Part shown: positions 1 to 10,111 of the stretch, piece after piece | Layout of the letters: the number at the start of each line of letters is the position of its first letter | How positions within the stretch are numbered: the first letter of the stretch is position 1 | Assembly (NCBI GenBank): GCA_011176635.1 | Contig: DUEC01000027.1 | Location: 1 to 59,607 of the forward strand | DNA from: Dehalococcoidia bacterium | Lineage (GTDB): Bacteria; Chloroflexota; Dehalococcoidia; Dehalococcoidales; BS750m-G39 | Reading direction: 5' to 3' | Length of the DNA stretch: 59,607 nt | Translations under genes and position numbers: made by a program | The notes under the pieces: model-generated | What the model was told of the DNA's origin: nothing | Database searches by the model: none | What the model saw: only the letters and a program-made list of their open reading frames with translations

Positions 1-329
1 GCGTCCCCAAAGGCAAGCTTATTACCATCAACCACATCCGCGCCAGACTGGCCAAGAAGCACGGCGCCAGCATCGGCTGCCCGATAACCACCGGAATCTT
101 CGCCTGGGTTGCCGCCAATGCCGCCGATGAAGACGCCGCCGAGGGCAAGCAGGATATTACCCCCTACTGGCGGACGCTTAAAGTCGGCGGGGTGCTCAAT
201 GAAAAATACCCCGGCGGGGTGGAAGCCCAGGCCAAGAAGCTGAAAGCCGAGGGGCACGCCATCGCGCCGGATAAGAAGGGCAAACCGAAAAAGGTCAGGG
301 ACTTTGAGAAGGCTTTAGTGGAGGCATAA
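1..329 (+). CDS. C-terminal fragment of an MGMT/ATL-family (alkyltransferase-like) DNA-binding protein; the 5' end lies outside the window
   Basis: Frame 3 is open from the window edge to TAA at 327-329. The translation (..VPKGKLITINHIRARLAKKHGASIGCP..ITPYWRTLKVGGVLNEKYPGG..) resembles the DNA-binding domain of O6-alkylguanine-transferase-like proteins. It has PYWRT where MGMT has PCHRV, so no catalytic Cys is seen. It is absent from the ORF track because no start codon lies in the window. Confidence 0.45.
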   Translation, partial: VPKGKLITINHIRARLAKKHGASIGCPITTGIFAWVAANAADEDAAEGKQDITPYWRTLKVGGVLNEKYPGGVEAQAKKLKAEGHAIAPDKKGKPKKVRDFEKALVEA

Positions 330-452
330 AGGGGACTAAAAGGGGCTGCGCAAACTGTAAAATGAAACTAGCCTGTCCCGGAAGCGTTGGCTAAGGGATT
401 TTTGAGAGGAGTTTGGGGAGGGGTGAAATATGCTGTTGGGAGGAGAATAATC

Positions 453-689
453 ATGCCGACTAAAGTATTGGACCCAAATAACTTAGGGCTAGATGAAGAC
501 TGGGCAGGGAATAATGCAGCTTTTCGGTGTCCTCATTGCCAACAAATCTTCCTTGTCAGTGGGAGTCGAATTCATGGTGGTGACAAAACCCATCCTTCTT
601 CAAGAAAGTGCCCAAATTGTGGCAAGTCAACGGGGCGATGCACCATTCAGGGTAAGCAACAGGGGGGAAGCGCGAGCCTTGAGTGGTAA
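453..689 (+). CDS. Small zinc-ribbon protein (two CxxC pairs), function unknown
   Basis: ORF 387..689. I prefer the ATG at 453 because GGGAGGAG lies 7-8 nt upstream. CPHC and CPNC motifs lie about 27 residues apart. Confidence 0.45.
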   Translation: MPTKVLDPNNLGLDEDWAGNNAAFRCPHCQQIFLVSGSRIHGGDKTHPSSRKCPNCGKSTGRCTIQGKQQGGSASLEW

Positions 690-734
690 TACTTTTGTTG
701 CTTCGTTCACCTAAAAATAGGAGGCCGCTATCTC

Positions 735-1235
735 ATGCTAAAAGGCAAAGTCCATAAATACGGGGCTAATGTTGATACCGACGCCATCATACCGGCGTGC
801 TACCTCAGTATCTCCGAGCCGGCGGAGCTGGCCAAGCACAGCATGGAGGCTATTGATAAAGACTTCGTAAAGAAAGTCAAGCGGGGGGATATAATAATGG
901 CCACCACCAACTTCGGCTGTGGCTCGTCAAGGGAGCATGCCCCGCTGGCCATAAAGGCGGCCGGTATCTCCTGTATAATAGCCAAGAGCTTCGCCCGCAT
1001 CTTCTTCCGCAACTCCATAAACATCGGCCTGCCCCTGTTAGAGTGCGCCGAGGCGGTTGACAAGACCAAAGCCGGCGACACCCTGGAGGTTGACCTGGCT
1101 AAGGGCAAGATAAAGAACCTGACCCGGAAGAAAGAGTTCAAGGCAAACCCCTACCCCGATTTCATGGCGGCGCTTGTCTCTGCCGGCGGGCTTGTTGAAT
1201 ATACCAAAAAGAGACTGGTTAGGAGGAAAGCTTAG
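735..1235 (+). CDS. leuD: 3-isopropylmalate dehydratase small subunit (short/archaeal-type LeuD)
   Basis: 166 aa with typical aconitase swivel-domain sequence ([37 protein letters not shown]). AGGAGG SD upstream. Confidence 0.9.
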   Translation: MLKGKVHKYGANVDTDAIIPACYLSISEPAELAKHSMEAIDKDFVKKVKRGDIIMATTNFGCGSSREHAPLAIKAAGISCIIAKSFARIFFRNSINIGLPLLECAEAVDKTKAGDTLEVDLAKGKIKNLTRKKEFKANPYPDFMAALVSAGGLVEYTKKRLVRRKA

Positions 1236-2330
1236 GTGCAATTTGAACTGGCAGTTTTACCCGGCGACGGCGTCGGACCTGAGGTTACTACCGAGGCAAT
1301 CAAGGTCCTGGAGGCGGTAGGCAAGAAGTTCAGCCACAGCTTTAAGTTAAACTACGGGCTGGTGGGCGGCGTCGCCATTGACCAGGAAGGGACAGCCCTG
1401 CCTGAGGACACGCTGAAGATGTGCCGCGCTTCGGGGGCGGTGCTATTGGGGGCGGTGGGCGGCCCCAAGTGGGACGACCCCCAGGCTAAGGTCCACCCCG
1501 AAGACGGTCTGCTGGCACTGCGCAAGGGGCTGGGGCTTTTCGCCAACCTGCGCCCGGTCAAGGTCTCCCCGGTCCTGGTCGACTCAACAAATCTTAAGCC
1601 GGAGGTTATCCGGGGGGTGGACTTCATCTTTGTCCGGGAGCTTACCGGCGGGCTCTACTTCGCCCAACCCAAGAAACGCTGGCAGACGGCGAAAGGAAGA
1701 ATGGCTACCGACTCCATGACCTACTCCGAGCAGGAGATTGAACGTATCGTCCGCGTCGGCTTTGAGCTGGCCAGGGGTCGGCGTAAAAAGCTGACCTCGG
1801 TGGACAAGGCCAACGTGCTTGAGTCCTCGCGCCTCTGGCGGCAGGTGGCGGTGGAAGTAGCCGGCAAATACCCCGATGTGGAGCTAGACCACATGCTGGT
1901 CGATGCCTGCTCCATGCGGATTATCCAGAACCCGGCCTATTTTGATGTGCTGGTCACCGAGAACATGTTCGGCGATATCCTCACCGATGAGGCGTCAATG
2001 CTGGCCGGCTCTATGGGGATGCTGCCCTCGGCCAGTCTGGCCGGGGTGCCTCAGGAAGGGACTAAGATATTCGGCATGTACGAGCCGATTCACGGTAGTG
2101 CTCCCCGTCGTGCCGGTCTGGATATGGCTAACCCTATTGCTATGATATTAAGCACGGCCATGATGCTGCGCCACTCTTTCGGCCTGGCCAAAGAAGCGCA
2201 GAGCGTTGAAACCGCCGTCGACGAGGTCTTAAGCGACGGCTACCGTACCTATGATATAATGGCTGAAGGCAAAACCAAGGTAGGGACGAAGCGGATGGGG
2301 GACTTAACTGCCGGGAAGGTGGGAGGCTAG
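1236..2330 (+). CDS. leuB: 3-isopropylmalate dehydrogenase
   Basis: 364 aa with a GTG start abutting the leuD stop. Isocitrate/isopropylmalate dehydrogenase hallmarks are present ([38 protein letters not shown]). Confidence 0.92.
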   Translation: MQFELAVLPGDGVGPEVTTEAIKVLEAVGKKFSHSFKLNYGLVGGVAIDQEGTALPEDTLKMCRASGAVLLGAVGGPKWDDPQAKVHPEDGLLALRKGLGLFANLRPVKVSPVLVDSTNLKPEVIRGVDFIFVRELTGGLYFAQPKKRWQTAKGRMATDSMTYSEQEIERIVRVGFELARGRRKKLTSVDKANVLESSRLWRQVAVEVAGKYPDVELDHMLVDACSMRIIQNPAYFDVLVTENMFGDILTDEASMLAGSMGMLPSASLAGVPQEGTKIFGMYEPIHGSAPRRAGLDMANPIAMILSTAMMLRHSFGLAKEAQSVETAVDEVLSDGYRTYDIMAEGKTKVGTKRMGDLTAGKVGG

Positions 2331-2333
2331 AAA

Positions 2334-3926
<1,593 letters not shown>

Positions 3927-3929
3927 GAA

Positions 3930-4082
3930 ATGGACGACAAGGTAGAAGTTAAACCGACCTGGGGCCTGGCCTGGGGTTTGTTCTGGAGAATGTTGCTTAT
4001 CTATCTCGGGCTATCTTTTATAGTCTGGCTGATTCTATTCATAGTGTGTCTGGCGATTAGCACCACCTTTACGCCCTGGTAA
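3930..4082 (+). CDS. Possible 50-aa membrane peptide
   Basis: ATG..TAA ORF below the track cutoff: MDDKVEVKPTWGLAWGLFWRMLLIYLGLSFIVWLILFIVCLAISTTFTPW. One or two hydrophobic helices, and an AAGGGAG about 12 nt upstream. There is no homology support. Confidence 0.3.
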   Translation: MDDKVEVKPTWGLAWGLFWRMLLIYLGLSFIVWLILFIVCLAISTTFTPW

Positions 4083-4118
4083 CCAGGGTCAAGCAAAAGC
4101 TGGACTACCCAGCGTCTT

Positions 4119-5024
4119 CTACTCGGTCTTGGTCCAGAAGTCCAGGCTCAAGTACTTCCAGCCACCGTCAGCCAAAACGGCCACTACATTGCCCTCACCC
4201 ATCTCAGCGGCAATCTTAAGCGCCTGATAGGTTACCGCCCCGGAAGACAAGCCGGCAAAAACGCCTTCCTTCTTTAGCAGCTGCCTGGTAACTTCAGCCG
4301 CCTGCTGGCTGCTAACCATGGCCTTATCGGTGACAAGGGCTGAGTCCCAGAAAGGCGGCGGCTCATCCCCGAGGCACTTCAAGCCCTGGATGCTATCGCC
4401 CGGTGGCGGCTCGACACCGACCACCCTGATATCGGGGTACTTCTCCCTCAGCCGGCGGGCAACCCCGATTACCGTCCCGCCAGTGCCGACACCGGCAACC
4501 AGCACGTCAATCTTATCATAGGGGAAATCACCCATTAGCTCGACGGCGGTAGTCTCGTAGTGAGCCAGCGGGTTGGCCGGATTGGAGAACTGGTCGGGTA
4601 TAAAGTATTTTTTGTCTTTAGCCGCCAGCTCCCTCGCCTTGTCAATAGCCGCCCCCATTCCGTAAGCCCCCTTGGTAAGGATAAGCTCGGCGCCAAAGAT
4701 CTTAAGCAATTGCTGCCTCTCCAGGCTCATACTATCGGGCATAACGATGGTGACCCGGTAGCCCTTCTTGCGCCCCAGCCAGGCCAGGGCTATGCCGGTA
4801 TTACCACTGGTGGCTTCAATGATAGTCTTCTCCTCAGTCAGCTCTCCGCTCTGCTCCGCCTTCTCTATCAGGTATTTAGCCACCCTGTCCTTGAGGCTGG
4901 CGCTCCCCCCGGGGTTCTGCCCTTCAAGTTTGGCCAGGATTTTCACCTTTTTGCCGGGACTTAAGTTACCAAGCTCCACCAGCGGGGTGTGCCCCAGAGC
5001 GTTAACAACATTTTTGAAATACAT
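4119..5024 (-). CDS. cysK: Cysteine synthase family PLP enzyme (CysK/CysM-like)
   Basis: The ORF is 4119..5045. I chose the ATG at 5024 (MYFKNV..) because AGGATAGGAAG sits directly upstream and this removes the overlap with rtcB. Motifs seen: GHTPLVEL, SLKDR (PLP lysine), TSGNTGIALA, GVGTGGT. Confidence 0.85.
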   Translation of the reverse strand: MYFKNVVNALGHTPLVELGNLSPGKKVKILAKLEGQNPGGSASLKDRVAKYLIEKAEQSGELTEEKTIIEATSGNTGIALAWLGRKKGYRVTIVMPDSMSLERQQLLKIFGAELILTKGAYGMGAAIDKARELAAKDKKYFIPDQFSNPANPLAHYETTAVELMGDFPYDKIDVLVAGVGTGGTVIGVARRLREKYPDIRVVGVEPPPGDSIQGLKCLGDEPPPFWDSALVTDKAMVSSQQAAEVTRQLLKKEGVFAGLSSGAVTYQALKIAAEMGEGNVVAVLADGGWKYLSLDFWTKTE

Positions 5025-5028
5025 CTTC

Positions 5029-6489
5029 CTATCCTTTAACGACACCGATTGGTCTTGTTTTAGCCACCTTAAGCGAGATGCCGGCCTTATGGGTTATGTC
5101 AACCACTTCACTGACATCTTTATAGGCTTCAGAGGCCTCCTCAGCCAGCGAAGCCATGCTGCCGGTTTTAACCGTAATCCCCCGGGCGGCCAGCGAGCGG
5201 GCAACATCAACCCCCCGCAGACTGCGCCTGGCTGCCGCCCGACTCTGCACCCTGCCGGCGCCATGGCAGGTGGAGCCAAAGGTCTCCTGCATCGCCGCCT
5301 CCGTGCCCAGGGCTACATAGGAAAAGCGCCCCATATCCCCGGGAATGAGAACCGGCTGACCTATATTCCGATAGACATCGGGTATATCGGGGTGCCCGGC
5401 GGGAAAAGCCCGGGTTGCCCCCTTGCGATGAACGCAGAGCTTCTGCTTCTTGCCGTCAATGGTATATTCCTCTATCTTGGCGATATTATGGCAGACATCG
5501 TAAATCTGCCTCATGCCCAGCTCCTCCTGGCTTTTAGCGAAGACCTTAATAAAAGACTCCCTCGCCCAGTGCAGAATGAACTGCCGGTTAGTCCAGGCAT
5601 AGTTGGCGGCGCAGGCCATAGCCGCCAGGTAGTCCTCTCCCTCCGGCGAGCTTATCGGGGCGCAGGCAAGCTGGCGGTCAGGCAGGCTGATGCCGTATCT
5701 CTTTACCGCCTCCCCCAACAGCCCGACATAGTCGGTGCAGACCTGGTGGCCAAAGCCCCTGGAGCCGGTGTGTATCAGCAACAGCACCTGCCCCACCTCC
5801 TCAATACCCATCGCCCTGGCCGCCTTACGGTCAAAGAGCTCGTCCACCACCCCCACCTCCAGAAAGTGGTTGCCCGAACCCAGCGTCCCCAGCTGCGGGA
5901 TACCCCGCTTCTTAGCCCTGCTGCTGACCTTGTCCGGCTTAGCCCCCTTCATACAGCCCGACTCCTCGGTAACGATAATATCCTCCGCTAGACCGTAGCC
6001 CTTCTCCACCGCCCAACGGCTGCCCTGCACCATAACCTCGTCCAGCTCCTTCTCGCTGGCCCTTATCTTGCCCTCTGAACCCACTCCGGAGGGAATATTG
6101 AGGAAAAGCTCGTTTACCAACCGCTCAATCTTGGCCCTCACCTCTTCCTCGGTGAGGTTAGTCCTCACCAGCCGGACACCGCAGTTGATATCAAAGCCGA
6201 CGCCGCCGGGCGATACCACCCCGTCCTTCACCCTGGTCGCCGCCACCCCACCTATGGGGAAGCCGTAGCCCCAGTGAATATCAGGCATGGCCAGCGAGTT
6301 GCGGACTATGCCGGGGAGAAAAGCCACGTTAGCCACCTGCTGAAAGACCTGCTCCTCCCAGATATGGGAGAGCATGGCTTCGCTGGCGAAGATAAGACCG
6401 GGCACGGTCATGCCCTGCTTATAGCTGGTCGGTATCTCCCAGCGATAGTCGTCTATCTTCTTTAGTACTCCCTGCCAGGGGGCTGCCAT
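5029..6489 (-). CDS. rtcB: RNA 3'-phosphate/2',3'-cyclic-phosphate ligase RtcB
   Basis: About 486 aa with RtcB signatures (GYGFPIGG, DINCGVR, GSGNHF, HTGSRGFGHQ, CHGAGR). I chose the ATG at 6489, which follows a GAGG SD; the track start at 6495 is a TTG. Confidence 0.93.
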   Translation of the reverse strand: MAAPWQGVLKKIDDYRWEIPTSYKQGMTVPGLIFASEAMLSHIWEEQVFQQVANVAFLPGIVRNSLAMPDIHWGYGFPIGGVAATRVKDGVVSPGGVGFDINCGVRLVRTNLTEEEVRAKIERLVNELFLNIPSGVGSEGKIRASEKELDEVMVQGSRWAVEKGYGLAEDIIVTEESGCMKGAKPDKVSSRAKKRGIPQLGTLGSGNHFLEVGVVDELFDRKAARAMGIEEVGQVLLLIHTGSRGFGHQVCTDYVGLLGEAVKRYGISLPDRQLACAPISSPEGEDYLAAMACAANYAWTNRQFILHWARESFIKVFAKSQEELGMRQIYDVCHNIAKIEEYTIDGKKQKLCVHRKGATRAFPAGHPDIPDVYRNIGQPVLIPGDMGRFSYVALGTEAAMQETFGSTCHGAGRVQSRAAARRSLRGVDVARSLAARGITVKTGSMASLAEEASEAYKDVSEVVDITHKAGISLKVAKTRPIGVVKG

Positions 6490-6501
6490 TTTCAACCTCG
6501 A

Positions 6502-6924
6502 TTAGATATCAAATAATACCTGAACCCTAAAGCCATCATTTTTCTCCACCTTGAGCATGTGGTAGGTGGCTGCCTTGACCTCTGTTTTTAGCCTGTGCCT
6601 GGAGCTATCCGCCTTCTCTCCATAGCCTCTGGCTTTTAGATGGGTATTATTCAACCGGGTAATATCAAAGCGCTTGAAGATAATACCCTCGGTGTCAAAG
6701 CGATAGACCAGCTCGTTCAGCCAGGCCACCAGCAGGCTCTCCTCGTCGCTGGCTGTCAGCTCTATATCCTGACGGGTCACCTCCTCCACGTCATCAAGCT
6801 CGGCTATCAGGCTGAACAAGCCCCTAGCCGCGTTGGCAAACGCCTGGCGCAGGTCAGCGCCATAGGCGATTATACCGACATCGGCGGTATGGTCTAAGAT
6901 TTCAAAGTCTTTATCCATAGGCAT
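6502..6924 (-). CDS. Archease (RtcB activator)
   Basis: 140 aa with the N-terminal FEILDHTADVGI motif typical of archease. It lies 12 nt upstream of rtcB on the same strand. Confidence 0.85.
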   Translation of the reverse strand: MPMDKDFEILDHTADVGIIAYGADLRQAFANAARGLFSLIAELDDVEEVTRQDIELTASDEESLLVAWLNELVYRFDTEGIIFKRFDITRLNNTHLKARGYGEKADSSRHRLKTEVKAATYHMLKVEKNDGFRVQVLFDI

Positions 6925-6968
6925 TAGTTATTTGGCAGGAATTCTACGCTAATATATAAACCTCGACT

Positions 6969-7667
6969 TTAAGGGAAAATAATATCTACATACCCCTCTT
7001 CCTCAAATTCACGTTCCCCCTCTTCACTCCAAGACTCGAAGACCTCATAAACTAACCTAAGCCTAACCGGTTCCACATCCTCAGGCACCTCAAATATGAA
7101 CATCCCTTCCGCTCCCTCGGGTAACTCGAATTGGTATTCAGGAACACTCCACCCGATCGTCCAGCTACACTGCATTCCTTTGTACCCTTGGTATTCGCCC
7201 CCCAAGTCATCAACGAGAGTGGAGCCGGTGCCGCTATCAAAATGTCCGTCAGTTATGTGTACAATTGTCACATAAACAAAGATAAAGTCATACCCTTCTT
7301 TTGGCTCGCTTCCTTCAAATCCTCTCCACGCTAGTCCGGTTAGTTCTTCTGGCCATACGTTAGTCCTCTCCACATCATCTAGGCCAAAAGTAATTCGTCC
7401 ATCATCACTGGTAAATTGAAGCTCACCAGACGGAGGCGTTGTCGTTTCCTCGGGTGGCGGGGTTGTTGTTTCCTCACCGTCCTCAGTCGGCGGCGGGGTT
7501 GTCGTTTCCTCCCCGTCACCAGGCGGCGGGGTCGTCGTCTCCTCGCCATCACCGGGCGGAGGCGTTGTCGTTTCTCCGCCATTACCGTCACAAGCAACGG
7601 CTCCCATACCTACCAACAGGACCAGGACTGTCAAAAGCGCTATGGCTAATATCTTTACTTTCTTCAT
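6969..7667 (-). CDS. Probable lipoprotein: signal peptide with Cys26, a Thr/Pro/Glu-rich repeat linker, and a C-terminal Ig-like (DUF4352-like) domain
   Basis: 232 aa starting MKKVKILAIALLTVLVLLVGMGAVAC, followed by (GDGEETTTPPP)n. GAGGAGGG SD upstream. The C-terminal domain assignment is pattern recognition only. Confidence 0.7.
   Translation of the reverse strand: MKKVKILAIALLTVLVLLVGMGAVACDGNGGETTTPPPGDGEETTTPPPGDGEETTTPPPTEDGEETTTPPPEETTTPPSGELQFTSDDGRITFGLDDVERTNVWPEELTGLAWRGFEGSEPKEGYDFIFVYVTIVHITDGHFDSGTGSTLVDDLGGEYQGYKGMQCSWTIGWSVPEYQFELPEGAEGMFIFEVPEDVEPVRLRLVYEVFESWSEEGEREFEEEGYVDIIFP
7427..7667 (-). repeat. 5' module (signal peptide plus GDGEETTTPPP tandem repeats) shared with the gene at 7831..8520
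   Basis: The DNA at 7427-7667 aligns by eye with 8289-8520 at high identity, e.g. caccgggcggaggcgttgtcgtttctccgccattaccgtcaca(a/g)gcaacggctcccat in both. Internally there is a ~33-nt periodic repeat. Confidence 0.85.
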
Positions 7668-7710
7668 CCCCTACCCTCCTCTAAAATTATTTTAGCCAAG
7701 CAGGTCTTTT

Positions 7711-7739
7711 AATGTAGTCCGTATTTATATAGTTGTCAA
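7711..7739 (-). promoter_or_regulatory. Putative sigma70-type promoter for the 6969..7667 lipoprotein gene
   Basis: The minus strand reads TTGACA (7739-7734), a 17-nt spacer, then TACATT (7716-7711). Confidence 0.35.
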
Positions 7740-7830
7740 TGCTTAAATGGGCTTCCTAACACGCTGGCGCAAGCACGCTTTTCCCCTCCGCGGCGTACCG
7801 TATCTTGAGTATTTCCCCAATCAGTCTCGG

Positions 7831-8520
7831 TTAGCGCTGGTAGATGCCGATAAGCTCAGCCTGGTCTAATATGTGGCCCTCCATGGCATTTACCACCTGT
7901 GCCTTGCTTGCCCCGCCAGATAGGTCTAGGGTTATGTCCAAGGCATAGACGACAAAGTGAAAATGGTGCGGGCTACCCGGCGGTGGGCAGGGGCCGGCAT
8001 AACCAATCGTGCCGAAGCCATTCCTGCCCTGCGCTGCCCCGTTCGGCAACTGGGCGGTGGTTGGTATCGCCTCCTCCAGCCCGAGGGCGTCGGCCGGGAT
8101 ATTAAAGATTATCCAGTGGGTGAAGGTGCCTTCCACCGCATCGGAGTCCTCCACTATCAGGGCAAAAGACTGGGTCCCTGCAGGCACACCGCTCCAGCTA
8201 AGCGCCGGCGATATGTCCTGCCCGATACAGGTATACTGGACCGGTATCGTTCCACCTTCCTCAAAGGCTGCGCTTACAATCTCCATCTCCACCTCCTCGG
8301 TAGGCGGCGGGGTCGTCGTCTCCTCGCCGTCCTCGGTCGGCGGTGGGGTTGTCGTTTCCTCACCGTCTCCAGTCGGCGGCGGGGTCGTCGTCTCCTCGCC
8401 ATCACCGGGCGGAGGCGTTGTCGTTTCTCCGCCATTACCGTCACAGGCAACGGCTCCCATGCCTACCAGCAGTACTAAGACTGTCAAAAGCGTCACCGCT
8501 AAAATCCTTACTTTCTTCAT
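7831..8520 (-). CDS. Probable lipoprotein with a C-terminal YbhB/YbcL-type PEBP (Raf-kinase-inhibitor-like) domain
   Basis: 229 aa with the same signal/lipobox/TTTPPP linker as the upstream gene. The PEBP-family core follows (GGTIPVQYTC.G.DISPALSW, FALIVEDSDA, THWIIFNIP, GYAGPCPPPGS.HHFHF.VYAL). Confidence 0.8.
   Translation of the reverse strand: MKKVRILAVTLLTVLVLLVGMGAVACDGNGGETTTPPPGDGEETTTPPPTGDGEETTTPPPTEDGEETTTPPPTEEVEMEIVSAAFEEGGTIPVQYTCIGQDISPALSWSGVPAGTQSFALIVEDSDAVEGTFTHWIIFNIPADALGLEEAIPTTAQLPNGAAQGRNGFGTIGYAGPCPPPGSPHHFHFVVYALDITLDLSGGASKAQVVNAMEGHILDQAELIGIYQR
8289..8520 (-). repeat. Second copy of the signal-peptide/TTTPPP-linker module
   Basis: See 7427..7667. The two copies are near-identical over the signal peptide and linker, and the downstream domains are unrelated. 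Confidence 0.85.
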
Positions 8521-8626
8521 CTTCTAACCCTCCCTTCCCGATAAATTATATCATCTACAATGACAAAGGCAAGCCTTCCAATTGTTTAGTAGCCCAAGAT
8601 TGCTTACTTTATTTAATCGGGTGTTT

Positions 8627-8686
8627 AAGAGGGGCGCCAGCCCCTCTTTTCATCTCGTTCCCTCTCCCCTTGCCAAGGGGAGAGGG
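8627..8686 (+). other. Two adjacent perfect GC-rich hairpins in a divergent intergenic region (REP-like or orphan terminator-like)
   Basis: Hairpin 1 is aagagggg(8627-8634)/cccctctt(8641-8648) with a 6-nt loop, followed by tt. Hairpin 2 is ccctctcccc(8660-8669)/ggggagaggg(8677-8686) with a 7-nt loop. Confidence 0.35.
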
Positions 8687-8717
8687 ATAAAGGGTGAGGG
8701 GTTAATAAACAATCACT

Positions 8718-8746
8718 TTGAGGCTTGTTTGACTATCTAGTATAAT
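8718..8746 (+). promoter_or_regulatory. Putative sigma70-type promoter of the 8778-12371 operon
   Basis: TTGAGG (8718-8723), 17-nt spacer, TATAAT (8741-8746). Confidence 0.4.
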
Positions 8747-8777
8747 ATAGGTAAGAATGGGTTTAAGAGGACTTTAT

Positions 8778-9368
8778 ATGGCTGACATCAAGAGCGCCCG
8801 CGAGATAGCGCAGGAAAAGATAGAGAAGATAGGCGAAGCCACGCCTGAAGAGCGCCTGAGGTGGAAACATGTCCCCGAAGGGGAAAAGCTGGCGGCTAAG
8901 TACCTGAAGCAAAACCTGAACCTGAGCGCCGAACTGAGTAATTACGAAGAAAGCGTGGCCGGCTATATCAAAGAGGGGGCAGCCGATATACTGCTCCGGA
9001 ACATCAACCTGCCCGGCAACGACATCGCCAAGAAGAACAACAAAAAGGCAATGGAGGGCATAAAGAGCTTAAAGAAAGACAAGGTGGGCGTGGAGAACAT
9101 CTACAGCAAGATGAGAAACATCTTCAACCACTACGCCGAGCAGGGCGAACAGCAGAGAAGGCAGGCTTACCAGCAGTTAAAGACCGAGTTCGAAGCCAAG
9201 GTCCAGCAGGCGCTCCAGCAGCAGATGGGCTCGGCGGCAGGGTTCAAGATAGACGTGGAAAGACAGCCCCAGTTCCAGGAGGAGTGGCACCAGCTGTTAG
9301 CCCAGCTGGACGGGCAATACATCGTACTTCTCAACGAGTACAAGCAGGAGCTAGCGGCTATAGCCTAA
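8778..9368 (+). CDS. Hypothetical coiled-coil protein (Gln/Glu/Lys-rich)
   Basis: The ORF is 8757..9368. I prefer the ATG at 8778 because AAGAGGA lies 7 nt upstream. I recognise no motif. Confidence 0.55.
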   Translation: MADIKSAREIAQEKIEKIGEATPEERLRWKHVPEGEKLAAKYLKQNLNLSAELSNYEESVAGYIKEGAADILLRNINLPGNDIAKKNNKKAMEGIKSLKKDKVGVENIYSKMRNIFNHYAEQGEQQRRQAYQQLKTEFEAKVQQALQQQMGSAAGFKIDVERQPQFQEEWHQLLAQLDGQYIVLLNEYKQELAAIA

Positions 9369-9373
9369 AACCG

Positions 9374-10093
9374 ATGAAGGGCAACCCGATGAACATTGAT
9401 GACGAGAGGATTAGAGAAGCCGTCAAGCAGACCGAGATATTAAGGCCGCCCAAGCGGAGCCTGGCTACCTTCGGCACGACCAACATATACTACTACCTGG
9501 TCACCGAACCGGTCTACTCCGAGCTAATCAAGACCGCCGCCGAGACCGTGATTAGAGAAGGCAGGGTAATCGCCGAGAGACCAAAGATTGTAACCCCCTT
9601 CTACCTATCGCGGCTGGAAGGGTTCAGCCTGGAGGCGAGGCAGTACTTCGATGGCCTGATTAAGAACTATGGCTCCAACGCCCCCGGCCTGTTTTATACC
9701 TACAAGAACGAAGCCAAGGAGCTTTCTATTGTTTCTGATAACCTGCTGGCGGTAGTCGCCAAGCTCAACGACGACATTGATAGGCGCGGCGACCCGCTGA
9801 CCTCTATCATCAGGGGGCAGGACGAGCTCTGGGATGTATCCTTGATGAAGTTCATCTACGAAATGACCCAAAGCTCTCTGCCCGATAACATTTCGCAGCT
9901 GGAGACCAGAGGCCTACTGGATGTAGACTCCAGCGGCATTCCGGCCGACACCAGGATAAGGATTAACGAGCTTTTTAATATGGTCGCCAGAGGCGAGTTT
10001 GAACCCAGCGAGCTAAAAAAAGAACTCGACCGCTGGGGCCTCTTTGAGGAATACGAAGACAGGTTCTTTGCCATCTTCAAGAAGGGGCGTTAA
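9374..10093 (+). CDS. Hypothetical protein (~239 aa)
   Basis: The ORF is 9284..10093. The ATG at 9374 lies 5 nt after the upstream stop, avoiding an 85-nt overlap. I recognise no motif. Confidence 0.55.
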   Translation: MKGNPMNIDDERIREAVKQTEILRPPKRSLATFGTTNIYYYLVTEPVYSELIKTAAETVIREGRVIAERPKIVTPFYLSRLEGFSLEARQYFDGLIKNYGSNAPGLFYTYKNEAKELSIVSDNLLAVVAKLNDDIDRRGDPLTSIIRGQDELWDVSLMKFIYEMTQSSLPDNISQLETRGLLDVDSSGIPADTRIRINELFNMVARGEFEPSELKKELDRWGLFEEYEDRFFAIFKKGR

Positions 10094-10111
10094 AGATAGG
10101 AGCGCGTTTAA

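Noticed and set aside
4768-5991. 407-aa plus-strand ORF
   Set aside because: It lies antisense to rtcB and cysK, which have unmistakable family motifs. Its translation is low-complexity and Pro/Arg/Ala/Gly-rich, typical of shadow ORFs in GC-rich DNA.
7427-8442. Periodic ~33-nt repeats, considered as a possible CRISPR-like or mobile repeat array
   Set aside because: The repeats are in-frame coding tandem repeats (GDGEETTTPPP) inside two ORFs. They are contiguous with no unique spacers, so this is not a CRISPR array.
8343-8690. 115-aa plus-strand ORF spanning the PEBP lipoprotein 5' end and the intergenic hairpins
   Set aside because: It is mostly antisense to the Thr/Pro-repeat region of a well-supported gene and then runs through the palindromes. 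It has no SD.
9284-9373. Upstream extension of the 9374 gene (269-aa ORF in the track)
   Set aside because: It would overlap the preceding gene by 85 nt. The ATG at 9374 follows that gene's stop by 5 nt, which fits the tight spacing of the rest of the operon.
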